From: an uncultured Bacteroidota bacterium
GTDB lineage: Bacteria > Bacteroidota > Bacteroidia > UBA7662 > CAMTUB01
DNA: 64,000 bases
Assembly (NCBI GenBank): GCA_947084835.1
Contig: CAMTUB010000008.1
Location: forward strand, 1,524 to 65,523
Reading direction: 5' to 3'
Shown: one piece after another, positions 47,943 to 58,613 of the stretch
How positions within the stretch are numbered: position 1 is the first letter of the stretch
How the letters are laid out: each line of letters begins with the position of its first letter
Position numbers and translations under genes: made by a program
The notes under the pieces: generated by a model
Told to the model about the DNA's origin: nothing
The model's database searches: none
The model's input: only the letters and a program-made list of their open reading frames with translations

Positions 47943-49729
47943 ATGGTTCTAAATAGTATTTCGACTTTGTTTTGATTTCCTACCTCGTCTACAACGATAA
48001 TTTTCAAAACATGTTCCCCAACAGGTAAGTTTTTATCGAGGGTATGAACTATTAACGAGCGTTTCCCATCAAAATCAAACAAAACCCATTTGTCGTCTAT
48101 ATAACTTTTAAAGGATTTAACCCCTGATAAATTATCGCCAATAACAAGGCGAAGTTGTCCATTTTGAGGCAAACTTTTTCCGGTAGTAAAATTTATAGGC
48201 TTTACGTAGGGCTTAATTGAATCTACAATTAACTGGAATTCTCCGAAACTCCGCATCGAAAAATGGAAATAGTTGCCTTTCCAAGTTCCACCTTGAACCC
48301 CTTTTCGCTTGCCAAATTCATAAATAGCTGCAATTGTTCTAGCTTTAATATCATCAGAAACATGATTTGCCTTTATGGCAAAATCGCAATAGGTTTGCAA
48401 TGGCGTTGTTGGCTCGCCAAAAGAGTGGTAATCAGAAATTGAGCCGGGCTTTTGAGGCGATACCTCATGATAAAACATCATGGTATCGTACAGCGCCCCG
48501 GATGGCACATCAACTTTGCAGCTTTCGCCTTTAAACGAGTTGTTTTTTAACGGATAAAAAACATCCGATGGCTTTTTATATGGATCGGCCGGGCCAACTT
48601 CGTAATTTCCTTGATGCGTTGAAGAAATTTTGAATCGGACTACTGATTCATTTTGATTGAAATCTTTTACGCTTATTTCAAAATCAGCCTCTGTTCGAGG
48701 AGCTAAATTTATTAATCCGTTGTTTACAATTGTATCGTAAACCTTTAATAAGTTCCCGGGCGATTTATATAATTTGTAAATATTTTGCCCTGAAGTTACC
48801 CGAAGTTTAAAATCGCCCAGCGCATTTGCATACCGCGCTTCTTTGTATAAAAACTGGTCCATTTTAAAACTCATGATGGTTTTCTGATTCATTTTTACTT
48901 GAATTGAAAAAACACCATTCTGATTAAAACCCATGTTGTGCTGATCTAAACAGGATATTCCCAAATAAAATGGGCCACTTACCTCCTGATTTTTTACCCC
49001 TAAATGGTAATCGCCATACGCTCCTAAAACTTTAATTTGGTTCATGCGTGACGTTGCATTTACCCGCGATAGATGATTATAGGGATAAATAGCAACCGTT
49101 CTGACTTGGGGTTTTACATTATCTGCAATTTTATATCCAAAATACAATGGATTAATAGGTGCTTCGGTGCGCTCATCTCGTATTTCGAAATGCAGATGGG
49201 GCCCTGCAGAGCCTCCACTATTGCCAGAAAGTGCAATAATTTCGCCTTTTTTTATGGGCATTTGTCCTGGTGGCATAAAGTATTCTACCTCAAACGACTC
49301 TTTTAAACGCTGTTGTTCAAGCGTTTTATCGGCTATTTTGCCTACATATTTTTGCAGATGCCCGTAAACAGAAGTGTATCCGTTTTTATGGTTGATATAA
49401 ATAACCTTTCCATAGCCATGGGGCGATACTTTTACACGCACCACAAACCCATCAGCAACGGCATATACTGGCAATCCTTCTTGTCCTTTGGTTTGAATAT
49501 CTAAACCGGTGTGCAAATGATTCGGTCGCAGCTCGCCAAAAGTGCCAGACAATTGCAACGGAATATCTAAAGGTGATCTAAAATAATTGGTGGGATGGAG
49601 CAACTGCCCATAAATAGACGATGGCATACAAAATGCCATCATCATAAGTAAAAAAATGTATTTAAATGTACTTTTAAACAATCCCTTAAAAGTTTGGAGC
49701 AATAATATATTTCGAATAAAATTCATCAA
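47939..49729 (-). CDS. M23-family metallopeptidase
   Basis: 596 aa; HTGLDI and GNSGGSAGPHLHFEI zinc-site motifs. N-terminal signal or anchor. Its 5-prime end overlaps the LOG gene stop by about 40 nt, so the start is uncertain. Confidence 0.8.
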   Translation of the reverse strand: MMNFIRNILLLQTFKGLFKSTFKYIFLLMMMAFCMPSSIYGQLLHPTNYFRSPLDIPLQLSGTFGELRPNHLHTGLDIQTKGQEGLPVYAVADGFVVRVKVSPHGYGKVIYINHKNGYTSVYGHLQKYVGKIADKTLEQQRLKESFEVEYFMPPGQMPIKKGEIIALSGNSGGSAGPHLHFEIRDERTEAPINPLYFGYKIADNVKPQVRTVAIYPYNHLSRVNATSRMNQIKVLGAYGDYHLGVKNQEVSGPFYLGISCLDQHNMGFNQNGVFSIQVKMNQKTIMSFKMDQFLYKEARYANALGDFKLRVTSGQNIYKLYKSPGNLLKVYDTIVNNGLINLAPRTEADFEISVKDFNQNESVVRFKISSTHQGNYEVGPADPYKKPSDVFYPLKNNSFKGESCKVDVPSGALYDTMMFYHEVSPQKPGSISDYHSFGEPTTPLQTYCDFAIKANHVSDDIKARTIAAIYEFGKRKGVQGGTWKGNYFHFSMRSFGEFQLIVDSIKPYVKPINFTTGKSLPQNGQLRLVIGDNLSGVKSFKSYIDDKWVLFDFDGKRSLIVHTLDKNLPVGEHVLKIIVVDEVGNQNKVEILFRTI

Positions 49730-50408
49730 TATGGTTCACGGCTTCATCGGCAGTATCTACTACTTTCATCAAATTCATGTCTTCAAGATAAATGTTTCCT
49801 TCTGCTGCCATAGTTTTTACCAACCAATCAACCAAACCAGACCAATATTCTTTACCTACTAATGCAATCGGGAAACGGCCAATTTTATTTGTTTGGATTA
49901 GGGTTAATGCTTCAAAAAGCTCATCCATGGTGCCAAAACCACCAGGCAAAACCACATACCCTTGCGAATATTTCATAAACATTACCTTACGTACAAAGAA
50001 GTAATCGAAGTGTAAAAGTTTATCTTGATCGATATATGGGTTGTTAAATTGCTCGTGAGGTAAATCGATATTTAATCCTACTGATTTCCCTTCATTTTCG
50101 AAAGCGCCTTTGTTTCCCGCTTCCATAATACCAGGTCCGCCACCAGTTATAACACCAAAGCCGCGTTGGGTAAGTTTTTTGCCAATTTCTTCAGCTAATG
50201 TGTAATATTTATTGTCGTTTTTTGTACGCGCAGATCCAAATATGGAAACGCAAGGACCAATTTTCGCAAGCTTTTCAAATCCTTCTACAAATTCAGCTAT
50301 GATTTTGAAAATCTGCCAAGACGATGACGCTTTGATTTCGGTCCAATCTTTAGGCTCAAATGCGCGTTTTATCCGCTCTTGGTTTAAATCATCTAATTCG
50401 TTTTTCAT
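49686..50408 (-). CDS. LOG family (TIGR00730) protein, second paralogue
   Basis: 240 aa; GGGPGIMEA and LPGGFGTMDELFE motifs. Confidence 0.85.
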   Translation of the reverse strand: MKNELDDLNQERIKRAFEPKDWTEIKASSSWQIFKIIAEFVEGFEKLAKIGPCVSIFGSARTKNDNKYYTLAEEIGKKLTQRGFGVITGGGPGIMEAGNKGAFENEGKSVGLNIDLPHEQFNNPYIDQDKLLHFDYFFVRKVMFMKYSQGYVVLPGGFGTMDELFEALTLIQTNKIGRFPIALVGKEYWSGLVDWLVKTMAAEGNIYLEDMNLMKVVDTADEAVNHIDEFYSKYIIAPNF

Positions 50409-50505
50409 AATACTTCTAATTTCGAACCTGCGAAATTGCTATAAACAATTTGTAATGCCGAACTTTATTTTCATTTTTAACAAAAAAGTGCTTTAATCCT
50501 TCAGA

Positions 50506-51702
50506 ATGATAGCTGAGCTCCGCAAATTTATAAACGACACCTATAACTCAACTAGATATAAAAACGCTTTACTTTATTTAAGTGAAAATGCCGGTGGATT
50601 ACCCAAATTTAAAATTTCAGAAACTCCTGTTTTCATATCCCAGAATTTACTAAATTCTTTAAAGGAGGTTTCTAATTATATTATTGATGAAATTAAAAAA
50701 GACAGTTTTATAGCCCTTACAAACGCTGCAATCCCTGCTAAAAAAAGAGTTTGTGGCGAAGAATCACATCCAAATTTTTTAGCCATAGATTATGCTATTT
50801 GTGAAAACGAAAAGGGGGAGTTAATTCCTAGGTTAATAGAATTACAAGGATTCCCTTCGGTATTTGCCTATCAATATTTTTTATCTGAAGCTTATGCTTC
50901 TGCCTATGAAATCCCTAAAAATTTGACCCCCTTTTTTAGTGATTTGGATATCGATTCATACATCAAATTATTCGAGAAAACAGTGCTGGGTGATTATTCA
51001 GCAGATGAGGTTATCTTATTAGAAATATATCCAACGCAGCAAAAAACGGAAATTGACTTTATCATAACCCAAAAAATAATAGGAATAAAAACGGTTTGTG
51101 TTACCCAATTACGTGCTGAAGACAAAACTCTATACTATTTATTAAACGGAAAAAAAATCATTGTTAAACGGATATACAATAGGCTAATATTGGAAGAGCT
51201 AACCCCTCAGCAACTTTCTGAAATTAGCATTTCCTTAGATTTTGATTACGACATAGAATGGGCTACGCATCCCAATCATTTTTACCGAATAAGTAAGTTT
51301 CTGATGCCCTTTTTAAATCATCGACTTATCCCAAAAAGCTATTTCGCAGATCAAATCCCAAGCCACATATTGGATTTCGGAAATTATATATTGAAGCCTT
51401 TGTTTGCATTTGCCGGACAAGGAGTAAAATTGAATATTACTGTCAAAGACATTCGTGAAATTAACGATAAACAGGATTGGATAATACAAGAAAAGGTGAA
51501 ATATGCGGGCGCTATAAAAATGCCCGAGGAAGCCATTAAATGCGAAATACGTTTGATGTATTTATGGCCTGATGAAAACGAAAATCCAACACTAGCTATA
51601 AATATGTGCCGATTAAGCAACACACGCTTTATGAATGTAGGGCAAAACGCAGTTCACAAATGGGTTGGAAGTTCAATTGGGTTTATCAAAACAGATAATT
51701 AA
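50506..51702 (+). CDS. Hypothetical protein, possibly ATP-grasp-like
   Basis: 398 aa. The only cue is an ILKPLFAFAGQGV segment resembling the KP-x-GG-G strand of ATP-grasp enzymes. Confidence 0.35.
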   Translation: MIAELRKFINDTYNSTRYKNALLYLSENAGGLPKFKISETPVFISQNLLNSLKEVSNYIIDEIKKDSFIALTNAAIPAKKRVCGEESHPNFLAIDYAICENEKGELIPRLIELQGFPSVFAYQYFLSEAYASAYEIPKNLTPFFSDLDIDSYIKLFEKTVLGDYSADEVILLEIYPTQQKTEIDFIITQKIIGIKTVCVTQLRAEDKTLYYLLNGKKIIVKRIYNRLILEELTPQQLSEISISLDFDYDIEWATHPNHFYRISKFLMPFLNHRLIPKSYFADQIPSHILDFGNYILKPLFAFAGQGVKLNITVKDIREINDKQDWIIQEKVKYAGAIKMPEEAIKCEIRLMYLWPDENENPTLAINMCRLSNTRFMNVGQNAVHKWVGSSIGFIKTDN

Positions 51703-51923
51703 TTCTAGAAACAGACAAATTAAAGGGGTTTGCTGCTCAATTAATACGCAGTTTTTAAAGAAAAACGCTCCGATTTTATTGAAATTTTGGAGGTGAGTTA
51801 AAAAAAAACAAAAGTCTAATGCATATCACTTCTAAAGTGCATAAAAAATGGCTTTTTTGTGGTTACTTTTGCACACGCTAAAAAAGAATTCATTTTAGCT
51901 TATTAGACATTTGTACATCACAT

Positions 51924-53270
51924 ATGGGCAAAAAGATATTGCTAGAACACGCAAAATTGCCGGGCATTCGCTCGTATGACGTTTACCGATCAACCGGTGG
52001 ATACGCATCAGTAGAAAAAGCCCTTCGAAATATGACACCTAATGAGGTTGTCGAAGAAGTGAAAAAATCTGGTCTTCGTGGTCGTGGAGGAGCTGGTTTT
52101 CCTACGGGCATGAAGTGGGGTTTCATCGATAAAAAATCGGGCAAACCACGATATTTACTTTGCAATGCAGACGAATCAGAGCCTGGGACTTTCAAAGACA
52201 GGTATTTGATGGAGTATTTGCCGCATTTATTAATTGAAGGCATGATTACTTCGAGCTATGCGCTAGAGTGCAAGGTCGCTTATATTTATATACGTGGAGA
52301 GTACAAATGGATTTACAAAATCCTACAACACGCTATTAAAGAAGCCTACGCCAACGGATGGTTAGGTAAAAATATATTAGGAACCGATTTCTCGTTAGAT
52401 CTTTATGTACATTGCGGTGCAGGTGCATATATCTGTGGCGAAGAAACTGCACTTATCGAATCTTTAGAAGGAAAGCGTGGAAATCCGCGCATTAAACCTC
52501 CTTTCCCAGCAATACAAGGTTTATACAATTGTCCAACGGTAGTAAATAACGTTGAAACTTTAGCAGCAGTTTGTTGGATTGTAAACAACGGTGGCGATGA
52601 ATACGCTAAAGTAGGCATTGGCCGTTCTACCGGCACCAAACTAATTTCTGCATCTGGAAACATCAAAAATCCAGGAGTTTACGAAATAGAAATGGGCATT
52701 ACTGTTCGTGAATTTATCTACTCGGATGAATATTGCGGTGGAATTACCGATGATTTAGAAATGAAAGCGGTTGTTGCTGGAGGCTCTTCTGTTCCAATTC
52801 TTCCAAAAAACTTAATTCTAACAACAAGTGATGGTTTGGATCGTTTAATGAGCTACGAATCATTGAGCGAAGGCGGTTTTCAAACGGGAAGCATGCTTGG
52901 CTCTGGTGGATTTATAGTTTACGATGAAAAACAATGTATTGTTCGCAATACTTGGAACTTTACTCGCTTTTACCACCACGAAAGTTGTGGCCAATGCAGC
53001 CCTTGCCGTGAAGGCACAGGCTGGATGGAGCGCGTATTGCACAAAATAGAAAACGGTCACGGCTCTATTGAAGACATTGATTTGTTATGGGATATCCAAA
53101 GCAAAATTGAAGGAAACACCATTTGCCCATTAGGAGATGCTGCAGCTTGGCCAGTAGCAAGTGCTATTCGCCATTTCCGCCACGAATTTGAATATCACAT
53201 CAATAATCCTCATAAGGTATTTGATGCAGATCATGTATATCAACCCAACCAAAAAACGGTTAACGTTTAA
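51924..53270 (+). CDS. nuoF: NADH-quinone oxidoreductase subunit F
   Basis: GLRGRGGAGFPTGMKW FMN/NADH motif; N3 cluster cysteines ESCGQCSPCREG. Confidence 0.95.
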   Translation: MGKKILLEHAKLPGIRSYDVYRSTGGYASVEKALRNMTPNEVVEEVKKSGLRGRGGAGFPTGMKWGFIDKKSGKPRYLLCNADESEPGTFKDRYLMEYLPHLLIEGMITSSYALECKVAYIYIRGEYKWIYKILQHAIKEAYANGWLGKNILGTDFSLDLYVHCGAGAYICGEETALIESLEGKRGNPRIKPPFPAIQGLYNCPTVVNNVETLAAVCWIVNNGGDEYAKVGIGRSTGTKLISASGNIKNPGVYEIEMGITVREFIYSDEYCGGITDDLEMKAVVAGGSSVPILPKNLILTTSDGLDRLMSYESLSEGGFQTGSMLGSGGFIVYDEKQCIVRNTWNFTRFYHHESCGQCSPCREGTGWMERVLHKIENGHGSIEDIDLLWDIQSKIEGNTICPLGDAAAWPVASAIRHFRHEFEYHINNPHKVFDADHVYQPNQKTVNV

Positions 53271-53290
53271 CCCCAATTCAATAGCTAGTT

Positions 53291-54253
53291 ATGAGCAAAT
53301 TTAGGGTAACCATTGACGGAATAACCACCGAAGTAGAACCGGGAACAACCATATTGCAAGCAGCCAGAAATATTGGCGAAAATGTTCCACCGGCTATGTG
53401 CTACTATTCTAAATTAGAAGGTAGTGGCGGTAAATGCCGTACTTGTTTAGTAAAAGTAACCAAAGGTTCTGAAGCAGATCCAAGGCCAATGCCAAAACTG
53501 GTTGCATCGTGCCGCACCACAGTTATGGACGGCATGGAAGTGGCTAACACCACCAGCCCAGAAGTTACCGATGCACGCAAAGCAGTGGTTGAATTTTTAT
53601 TGATAAATCATCCACTTGATTGTCCGGTTTGCGACCAAGCGGGAGAGTGCAAATTGCAAGATTTATCCTACGAGCACGGGAAAGCGCATTCTCGCTACGA
53701 ATTTGAGCGTAGAATTTTCGATAAAATAGACATTGGTCCGTTCATTAAATTAAACATGAACCGTTGCATATTGTGCTACCGTTGCACGTATGTTGCCGAC
53801 CAACTTACCGATAGCCGTTCGCACGGAATTTTAAATAGAGGCGACCATTCTGAAATCAGCACACATATTTCAAAAGCAATCGAAAACGATTTTTCTGGAA
53901 ATATGATTGATGTTTGTCCGGTAGGCGCATTAACCGATAACACATTCCGATTCAAAAGCCGTGTTTGGTTTACTAAACCTTACGATGCACATCGCAATTG
54001 CGATAAATGTTGCGGAAAAACTGTGGTTTGGTATAAAGGAGATGATATTTTACGTGTTACTGCTCGCAAAGACAAGTGGGCAGAGGTTGAAGAATTTATC
54101 TGCAATACTTGCCGCTTTGAAAAGAAAAAAACGTCTGATTGGGTTATCGAAAAACCAACAGAGATTTCGCATCAATCCGTAATTTCTGCCAATCATTATG
54201 AGTCTGGAACAGTTGATCCATTCGAAAACCTTCGCGTTAAAAAATTATTATAA
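53291..54253 (+). CDS. nuoG: NADH-quinone oxidoreductase subunit G (short form)
   Basis: 320 aa; 2Fe-2S and 4Fe-4S motifs (CYYS...CRTCLV, HPLDCPVCDQAGEC, CILCYRC). Lacks the molybdopterin-like C-terminal domain. Confidence 0.9.
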   Translation: MSKFRVTIDGITTEVEPGTTILQAARNIGENVPPAMCYYSKLEGSGGKCRTCLVKVTKGSEADPRPMPKLVASCRTTVMDGMEVANTTSPEVTDARKAVVEFLLINHPLDCPVCDQAGECKLQDLSYEHGKAHSRYEFERRIFDKIDIGPFIKLNMNRCILCYRCTYVADQLTDSRSHGILNRGDHSEISTHISKAIENDFSGNMIDVCPVGALTDNTFRFKSRVWFTKPYDAHRNCDKCCGKTVVWYKGDDILRVTARKDKWAEVEEFICNTCRFEKKKTSDWVIEKPTEISHQSVISANHYESGTVDPFENLRVKKLL

Positions 54254-55284
54254 TGTTCTCAGCCATATTTTTAGATAAAGCAATTTTAGTAGTTATACTA
54301 TTTTTGGTTACGTTGGGGATTGCAGCATATAGCACTTATTTCGAGCGTAAAGTAGCTGCATTTTTACAAGACCGTTTGGGTCCGGATCGCGCAGGTCCTT
54401 TTGGATTGCTGCAACCTTTGGCCGATGGGGTAAAAATGTTCTTTAAAGAAGAAATCATACCAAACACATCCAACAAATTCTTGTTTTTAATAGGTCCAGG
54501 CTTATTTATGATAACGGCTTTGATGAGTGCAGCCGCTATACCTTGGGGTAAAGACCTAATGATTGGCGAACATGCATTTAAACTGCAAGTTGCTGATATT
54601 AACATAGGAATTTTATACGTATTTGGCGTAGTTTCTATTGGTGTTTATGGAATTATGATTGGCGGTTGGGCATCGAACAATAAGTTTGCATTGCTTGGCG
54701 CGGTTCGTGCATCGTCACAAATGATTAGTTACGAGTTGCCCATGGGGCTTGCTGTAATTGCAATCATTATGTTAACTGGTTCGTTAAGTCTGCGCGAAAT
54801 TGTTGAAGGGCAATCAGGCTCATTATTTAATTGGAATGTATTTAATCAACCTCTAGGCTTTCTTATATTTTTAATTTGTGCCTTTGCAGAATGTAACCGA
54901 ACACCTTTCGATTTACCAGAGTGCGAAACCGAATTAGTGGGTGGTTATCATACCGAGTATAGCTCCATGAAATTGGGCTTATTCTTATTTGCAGAATACA
55001 TCAACATGTTTATATCATCTGCTATCATATCTGTTTTATATTTTGGTGGATACAATATTCCTTGGGCCGAGCAAATGGGCCTATCGGGCAATTTAGAAGC
55101 TATTTTAGGAATTGGATTCTTTTTCACTAAAATCTTATTCTTTATTTTCTTCTTTATGTGGATTCGTTGGACCATTCCTCGTTTCCGTTACGACCAACTT
55201 ATGCGTTTAGGTTGGCAATATTTACTACCACTTGCTCTTGCTAATATGATTATTACAGGCGCAGTGTTAACCTATTTCCGTTAA
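54253..55284 (+). CDS. nuoH: NADH-quinone oxidoreductase subunit H
   Basis: 343 aa polytopic membrane protein; RKVAAFLQDRLGPDRAGPFGLLQPLADG signature. Confidence 0.95.
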   Translation: MFSAIFLDKAILVVILFLVTLGIAAYSTYFERKVAAFLQDRLGPDRAGPFGLLQPLADGVKMFFKEEIIPNTSNKFLFLIGPGLFMITALMSAAAIPWGKDLMIGEHAFKLQVADINIGILYVFGVVSIGVYGIMIGGWASNNKFALLGAVRASSQMISYELPMGLAVIAIIMLTGSLSLREIVEGQSGSLFNWNVFNQPLGFLIFLICAFAECNRTPFDLPECETELVGGYHTEYSSMKLGLFLFAEYINMFISSAIISVLYFGGYNIPWAEQMGLSGNLEAILGIGFFFTKILFFIFFFMWIRWTIPRFRYDQLMRLGWQYLLPLALANMIITGAVLTYFR

Positions 55285-55294
55285 TCTTATTACT

Positions 55295-55846
55295 ATGAAA
55301 CAACTCACAGACAGAGCTATAATAGTTAGTAAAAAAGAGATGACTTTGGCAGAACAGCTGTATCTGCCGGCTATTTTTTCAGGACTTGGGATAACTTTTA
55401 GGCACTTCTTTAAAAAGAAACCTACGTTAAGATATCCTGAAGTTAAGAAAGCATTCAGTAAAGTTTATCGTGGTCATCATGTGTTAAAGCGCGATGAAGA
55501 AGGCCGCGAACGTTGTACCGCTTGCGGATTATGCGCAGTTGCATGCCCGGCAGAAGCTATTACAATGATAGCTGCTGAGCGTACAAAAGCAGAAGAGAAC
55601 TTATACCGCGAAGAAAAATATGCATCAACCTATGAAATAAATATGCTGCGTTGCATATTCTGCGGTTTGTGCGAAGAAGCTTGTCCAAAGGAAGCCATTT
55701 ATCTTACTCCAGAGTTGGTAAGCTCAGAATTCGACCGCAAAAGTTTTATTTATGGAAAAGACGTTTTGGTTGAACCCTTAGATTTAAACAAGCGCATCGA
55801 TGTAAGTCTACGTGTAATAGATTATAACCAAATTAGCGACAAATAA
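55295..55846 (+). CDS. nuoI: NADH-quinone oxidoreductase subunit I
   Basis: Two ferredoxin motifs: CTACGLCAVACP and CIFCGLCEEACP. Confidence 0.95.
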   Translation: MKQLTDRAIIVSKKEMTLAEQLYLPAIFSGLGITFRHFFKKKPTLRYPEVKKAFSKVYRGHHVLKRDEEGRERCTACGLCAVACPAEAITMIAAERTKAEENLYREEKYASTYEINMLRCIFCGLCEEACPKEAIYLTPELVSSEFDRKSFIYGKDVLVEPLDLNKRIDVSLRVIDYNQISDK

Positions 55847-55847
55847 A

Positions 55848-56348
55848 ATGGGAGATTATATATTTTATTTCTTAGCCTTTTTAAGCATAATAAGTGCTTT
55901 AATGGTTGTTTTTTCTAAAAACCCGATGTACAGTGTACTTTATTTAGTGCTTTGCTTTTTTTCGATTGCAGGACACTATATTTTACTTAGCGCAGAGTTT
56001 TTAGCATTCGTGCACATCATTGTTTATGCAGGGGCCATTATGGTTTTATTCTTATTTGTGTTGATGCTATTGAATTTGAATAGCAAAACCGAATCGTTTA
56101 AAACTCCATTATGGAAGTTTGCAGCTATCTGCTCAGGAAGCGCACTTATGCTTGTTATTTTAGCAAGTTTCAAAGAAACACAAAACTTCATCACACCAGG
56201 ATCGCCACCAGCTACCACAATTGGAACGGTTAAGAATCTTGGTACGATTTTATTTAACGAATATATTTTACCTTTCGAAATATCGTCTGTGTTGTTTATT
56301 TCAGCAATGGTAGGCGCAGTTATTCTCGCTAAAAAAGAATTAGATTAA
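55848..56348 (+). CDS. nuoJ: NADH-quinone oxidoreductase subunit J
   Basis: 166 aa, five TM helices; position in the operon. Confidence 0.88.
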   Translation: MGDYIFYFLAFLSIISALMVVFSKNPMYSVLYLVLCFFSIAGHYILLSAEFLAFVHIIVYAGAIMVLFLFVLMLLNLNSKTESFKTPLWKFAAICSGSALMLVILASFKETQNFITPGSPPATTIGTVKNLGTILFNEYILPFEISSVLFISAMVGAVILAKKELD

Positions 56349-56677
56349 TGGAAGAACTGGAACAAATTGTCCGCATCCTTCCGATTGAAAACTATTTGGT
56401 ACTTTCTACCATTCTTTTTTCTATTGGAGTTTTAGGCGTGTTAATGCGCAGAAATGCGATTATCATTTTCATGTCTATTGAATTAATGTTGAACTCAGTA
56501 AACTTATTGCTGGTGGCTTTTTCGACCTATATGCAAAATGCAACCGCTCAGGTTTTTGTATTTTTTATCATGGTGGTTGCTGCGGCTGAAGTAGCTGTTG
56601 GCTTAGCCATTTTGGTAATGATATTCCGAAATACACGCTCAACCGATATCGAATCACTTAAAAAACTGAAATGGTAA
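56348..56677 (+). CDS. nuoK: NADH-quinone oxidoreductase subunit K
   Basis: 109 aa, three TM helices; [12 protein letters not shown] motif. Confidence 0.9.
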   Translation: MEELEQIVRILPIENYLVLSTILFSIGVLGVLMRRNAIIIFMSIELMLNSVNLLLVAFSTYMQNATAQVFVFFIMVVAAAEVAVGLAILVMIFRNTRSTDIESLKKLKW

Positions 56678-56690
56678 TCATCCAAAACTA

Positions 56691-58613
56691 ATGAACATGT
56701 ATACCATATTTCATCAAATATCCGGAAATGCGCTGTTGTTGGTTTTAATACCACTTTTGCCATTAATCGGTTTCTTTATAAACGGTATTTTTGGAAAAAG
56801 CCTTTCCAAAACATTATCTGGAGCAATCGGAACTTTAACCGTTGCTATTTCATTTATTATAGCTTTAACTCTTTTTTGGGGGTTAGATGCTAGTTTTTCT
56901 CCGTTTGTAGTTAACCTGTTCGAATGGTTTTCTGTTGGAACCTTCAAAGTTTCAATGGGCTTCCAATACGATCAATTATCTGCACTCATGTTGTTGATAA
57001 TTACAGGTGTAGGAACACTAATTCATTTATATTCATCGGGTTACATGCACAATGACGATGGGTTTCAGCGCTTTTTTGCCTACCTAAACTTATTTATCTT
57101 CTTCATGTTGGTATTGGTTTTGGGAAGCAATTTTTTAGTAAGTTTTATAGGTTGGGAAGGCGTAGGATTATGCTCTTACTTGTTAATTGGTTTCTGGTTT
57201 AAAAATCCAGCATATAACGATGCCGCTAAAAAGGCGTTTGTTATGAATAGAATTGGCGATTTAGGATTCTTGATTGCTGTATTCATGATTTTTTTCCAGT
57301 TCAACTCCATCAATTATATTGATGTAATGGAAAGCGCTAAAGGAATGGCATCAAATTCTCCTATTTTAATTGCTATAACCTTGTTACTTTTTGTAGGCGC
57401 GACTGGCAAAAGTGCTCAACTTCCACTTTACACCTGGTTACCCGATGCAATGGCTGGTCCAACTCCCGTTTCGGCATTAATACACGCTGCAACCATGGTA
57501 ACTGCTGGTATATTTTTAGTGGTTAGATCTAATGTATTGTTTTCATTAGCTCCTTATACTTCAGAAATTGTTGCCATTGTAGGTTTGATAACTGCATTAT
57601 TTGCTGCTAGTATTGGTCTTCGTCAAAACGATATCAAAAAAGTATTAGCTTACTCCACTGTGAGTCAGTTAGGATATATGTTTGTTGCTTTAGGCGTTGG
57701 CGCTTACTCAACAGCCATGTTCCATGTAACAACCCACGCGTTTTTTAAAGCCTTATTATTCTTAGGATCAGGAAGCGTAATACATGCAATGAGTGGCGAA
57801 CAAGACATCAGATTCATGGGCGGGTTAAAGAAAAAATTGCCCATTACACATATTACTTTCTTAATAGGAACTTTAGCAATTGCTGGTTTACCGCCATTTG
57901 CTGGTTTCTTTTCTAAGGATGAAATTTTAGCAAAGGTGTTTATGCACAATCCAATTATGTTTTGGGCATTGGCATTTACATCCGCTTTAACCGCATTTTA
58001 TATGTTCCGATTATACTTCCTAACATTTCATGGAAACTTCAGAGGAACAGAAAAGCAAGCGCATCATTTGCACGAATCACCGTTAAGTATGACGCTGCCT
58101 TTAATGGTTTTGGCAGTTGCTTCAACCCTAGGAGGTTTTTTAGGAATGCCTGCAATAATGAGCAATTATAATGGTTTTGAATCATATTTATCTCCAATTG
58201 TGAGTCCATCGCACGGAGAGCATCCATCCCATATGTTTGAATATACCATGATGGGTGTATCGGTAATTTTACTTTTTATCATAATTGGGTACACTAGAAA
58301 TCGATTTGCAACCAAACAGGTTATTCCAGTGGATGTTTCAGAAGAAAGTGGTTTTGCAAAAACCTTGGCAAACAAATATTGGGTGGATGAAATTTATGAT
58401 ACCATTATAGTAAAGCCAATGCTTTTTATCTCACAAAAACTACATCAGTTTTTTGAGTTGCAAGTTATTGATGGCGCTGTAAATGGAATTGGCCGCTTAA
58501 CCAACTATGGATCTCAAGCGTTGCGTTTGATACAAACCGGAAACACAGGAATGTATTTAATATTCATGGTAGTAAGTATAGTATTGATTTTACTTTTTAA
58601 TATAATCAGCTAA
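56691..58613 (+). CDS. nuoL: NADH-quinone oxidoreductase subunit L
   Basis: 640 aa antiporter-like subunit; WEGVGLCSYLLIGFW and SALIHAATMVTAG motifs. Confidence 0.93.
   Translation: MNMYTIFHQISGNALLLVLIPLLPLIGFFINGIFGKSLSKTLSGAIGTLTVAISFIIALTLFWGLDASFSPFVVNLFEWFSVGTFKVSMGFQYDQLSALMLLIITGVGTLIHLYSSGYMHNDDGFQRFFAYLNLFIFFMLVLVLGSNFLVSFIGWEGVGLCSYLLIGFWFKNPAYNDAAKKAFVMNRIGDLGFLIAVFMIFFQFNSINYIDVMESAKGMASNSPILIAITLLLFVGATGKSAQLPLYTWLPDAMAGPTPVSALIHAATMVTAGIFLVVRSNVLFSLAPYTSEIVAIVGLITALFAASIGLRQNDIKKVLAYSTVSQLGYMFVALGVGAYSTAMFHVTTHAFFKALLFLGSGSVIHAMSGEQDIRFMGGLKKKLPITHITFLIGTLAIAGLPPFAGFFSKDEILAKVFMHNPIMFWALAFTSALTAFYMFRLYFLTFHGNFRGTEKQAHHLHESPLSMTLPLMVLAVASTLGGFLGMPAIMSNYNGFESYLSPIVSPSHGEHPSHMFEYTMMGVSVILLFIIIGYTRNRFATKQVIPVDVSEESGFAKTLANKYWVDEIYDTIIVKPMLFISQKLHQFFELQVIDGAVNGIGRLTNYGSQALRLIQTGNTGMYLIFMVVSIVLILLFNIIS

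Noticed and set aside
53291-54253. Apparently truncated NuoG (320 aa, no molybdopterin-like domain)
   Set aside because: To my knowledge the short form is normal in Bacteroidota-type complex I. All the Fe-S motifs I could recognise (2Fe-2S and 4Fe-4S) are intact and the gene is tightly packed with nuoF and nuoH.
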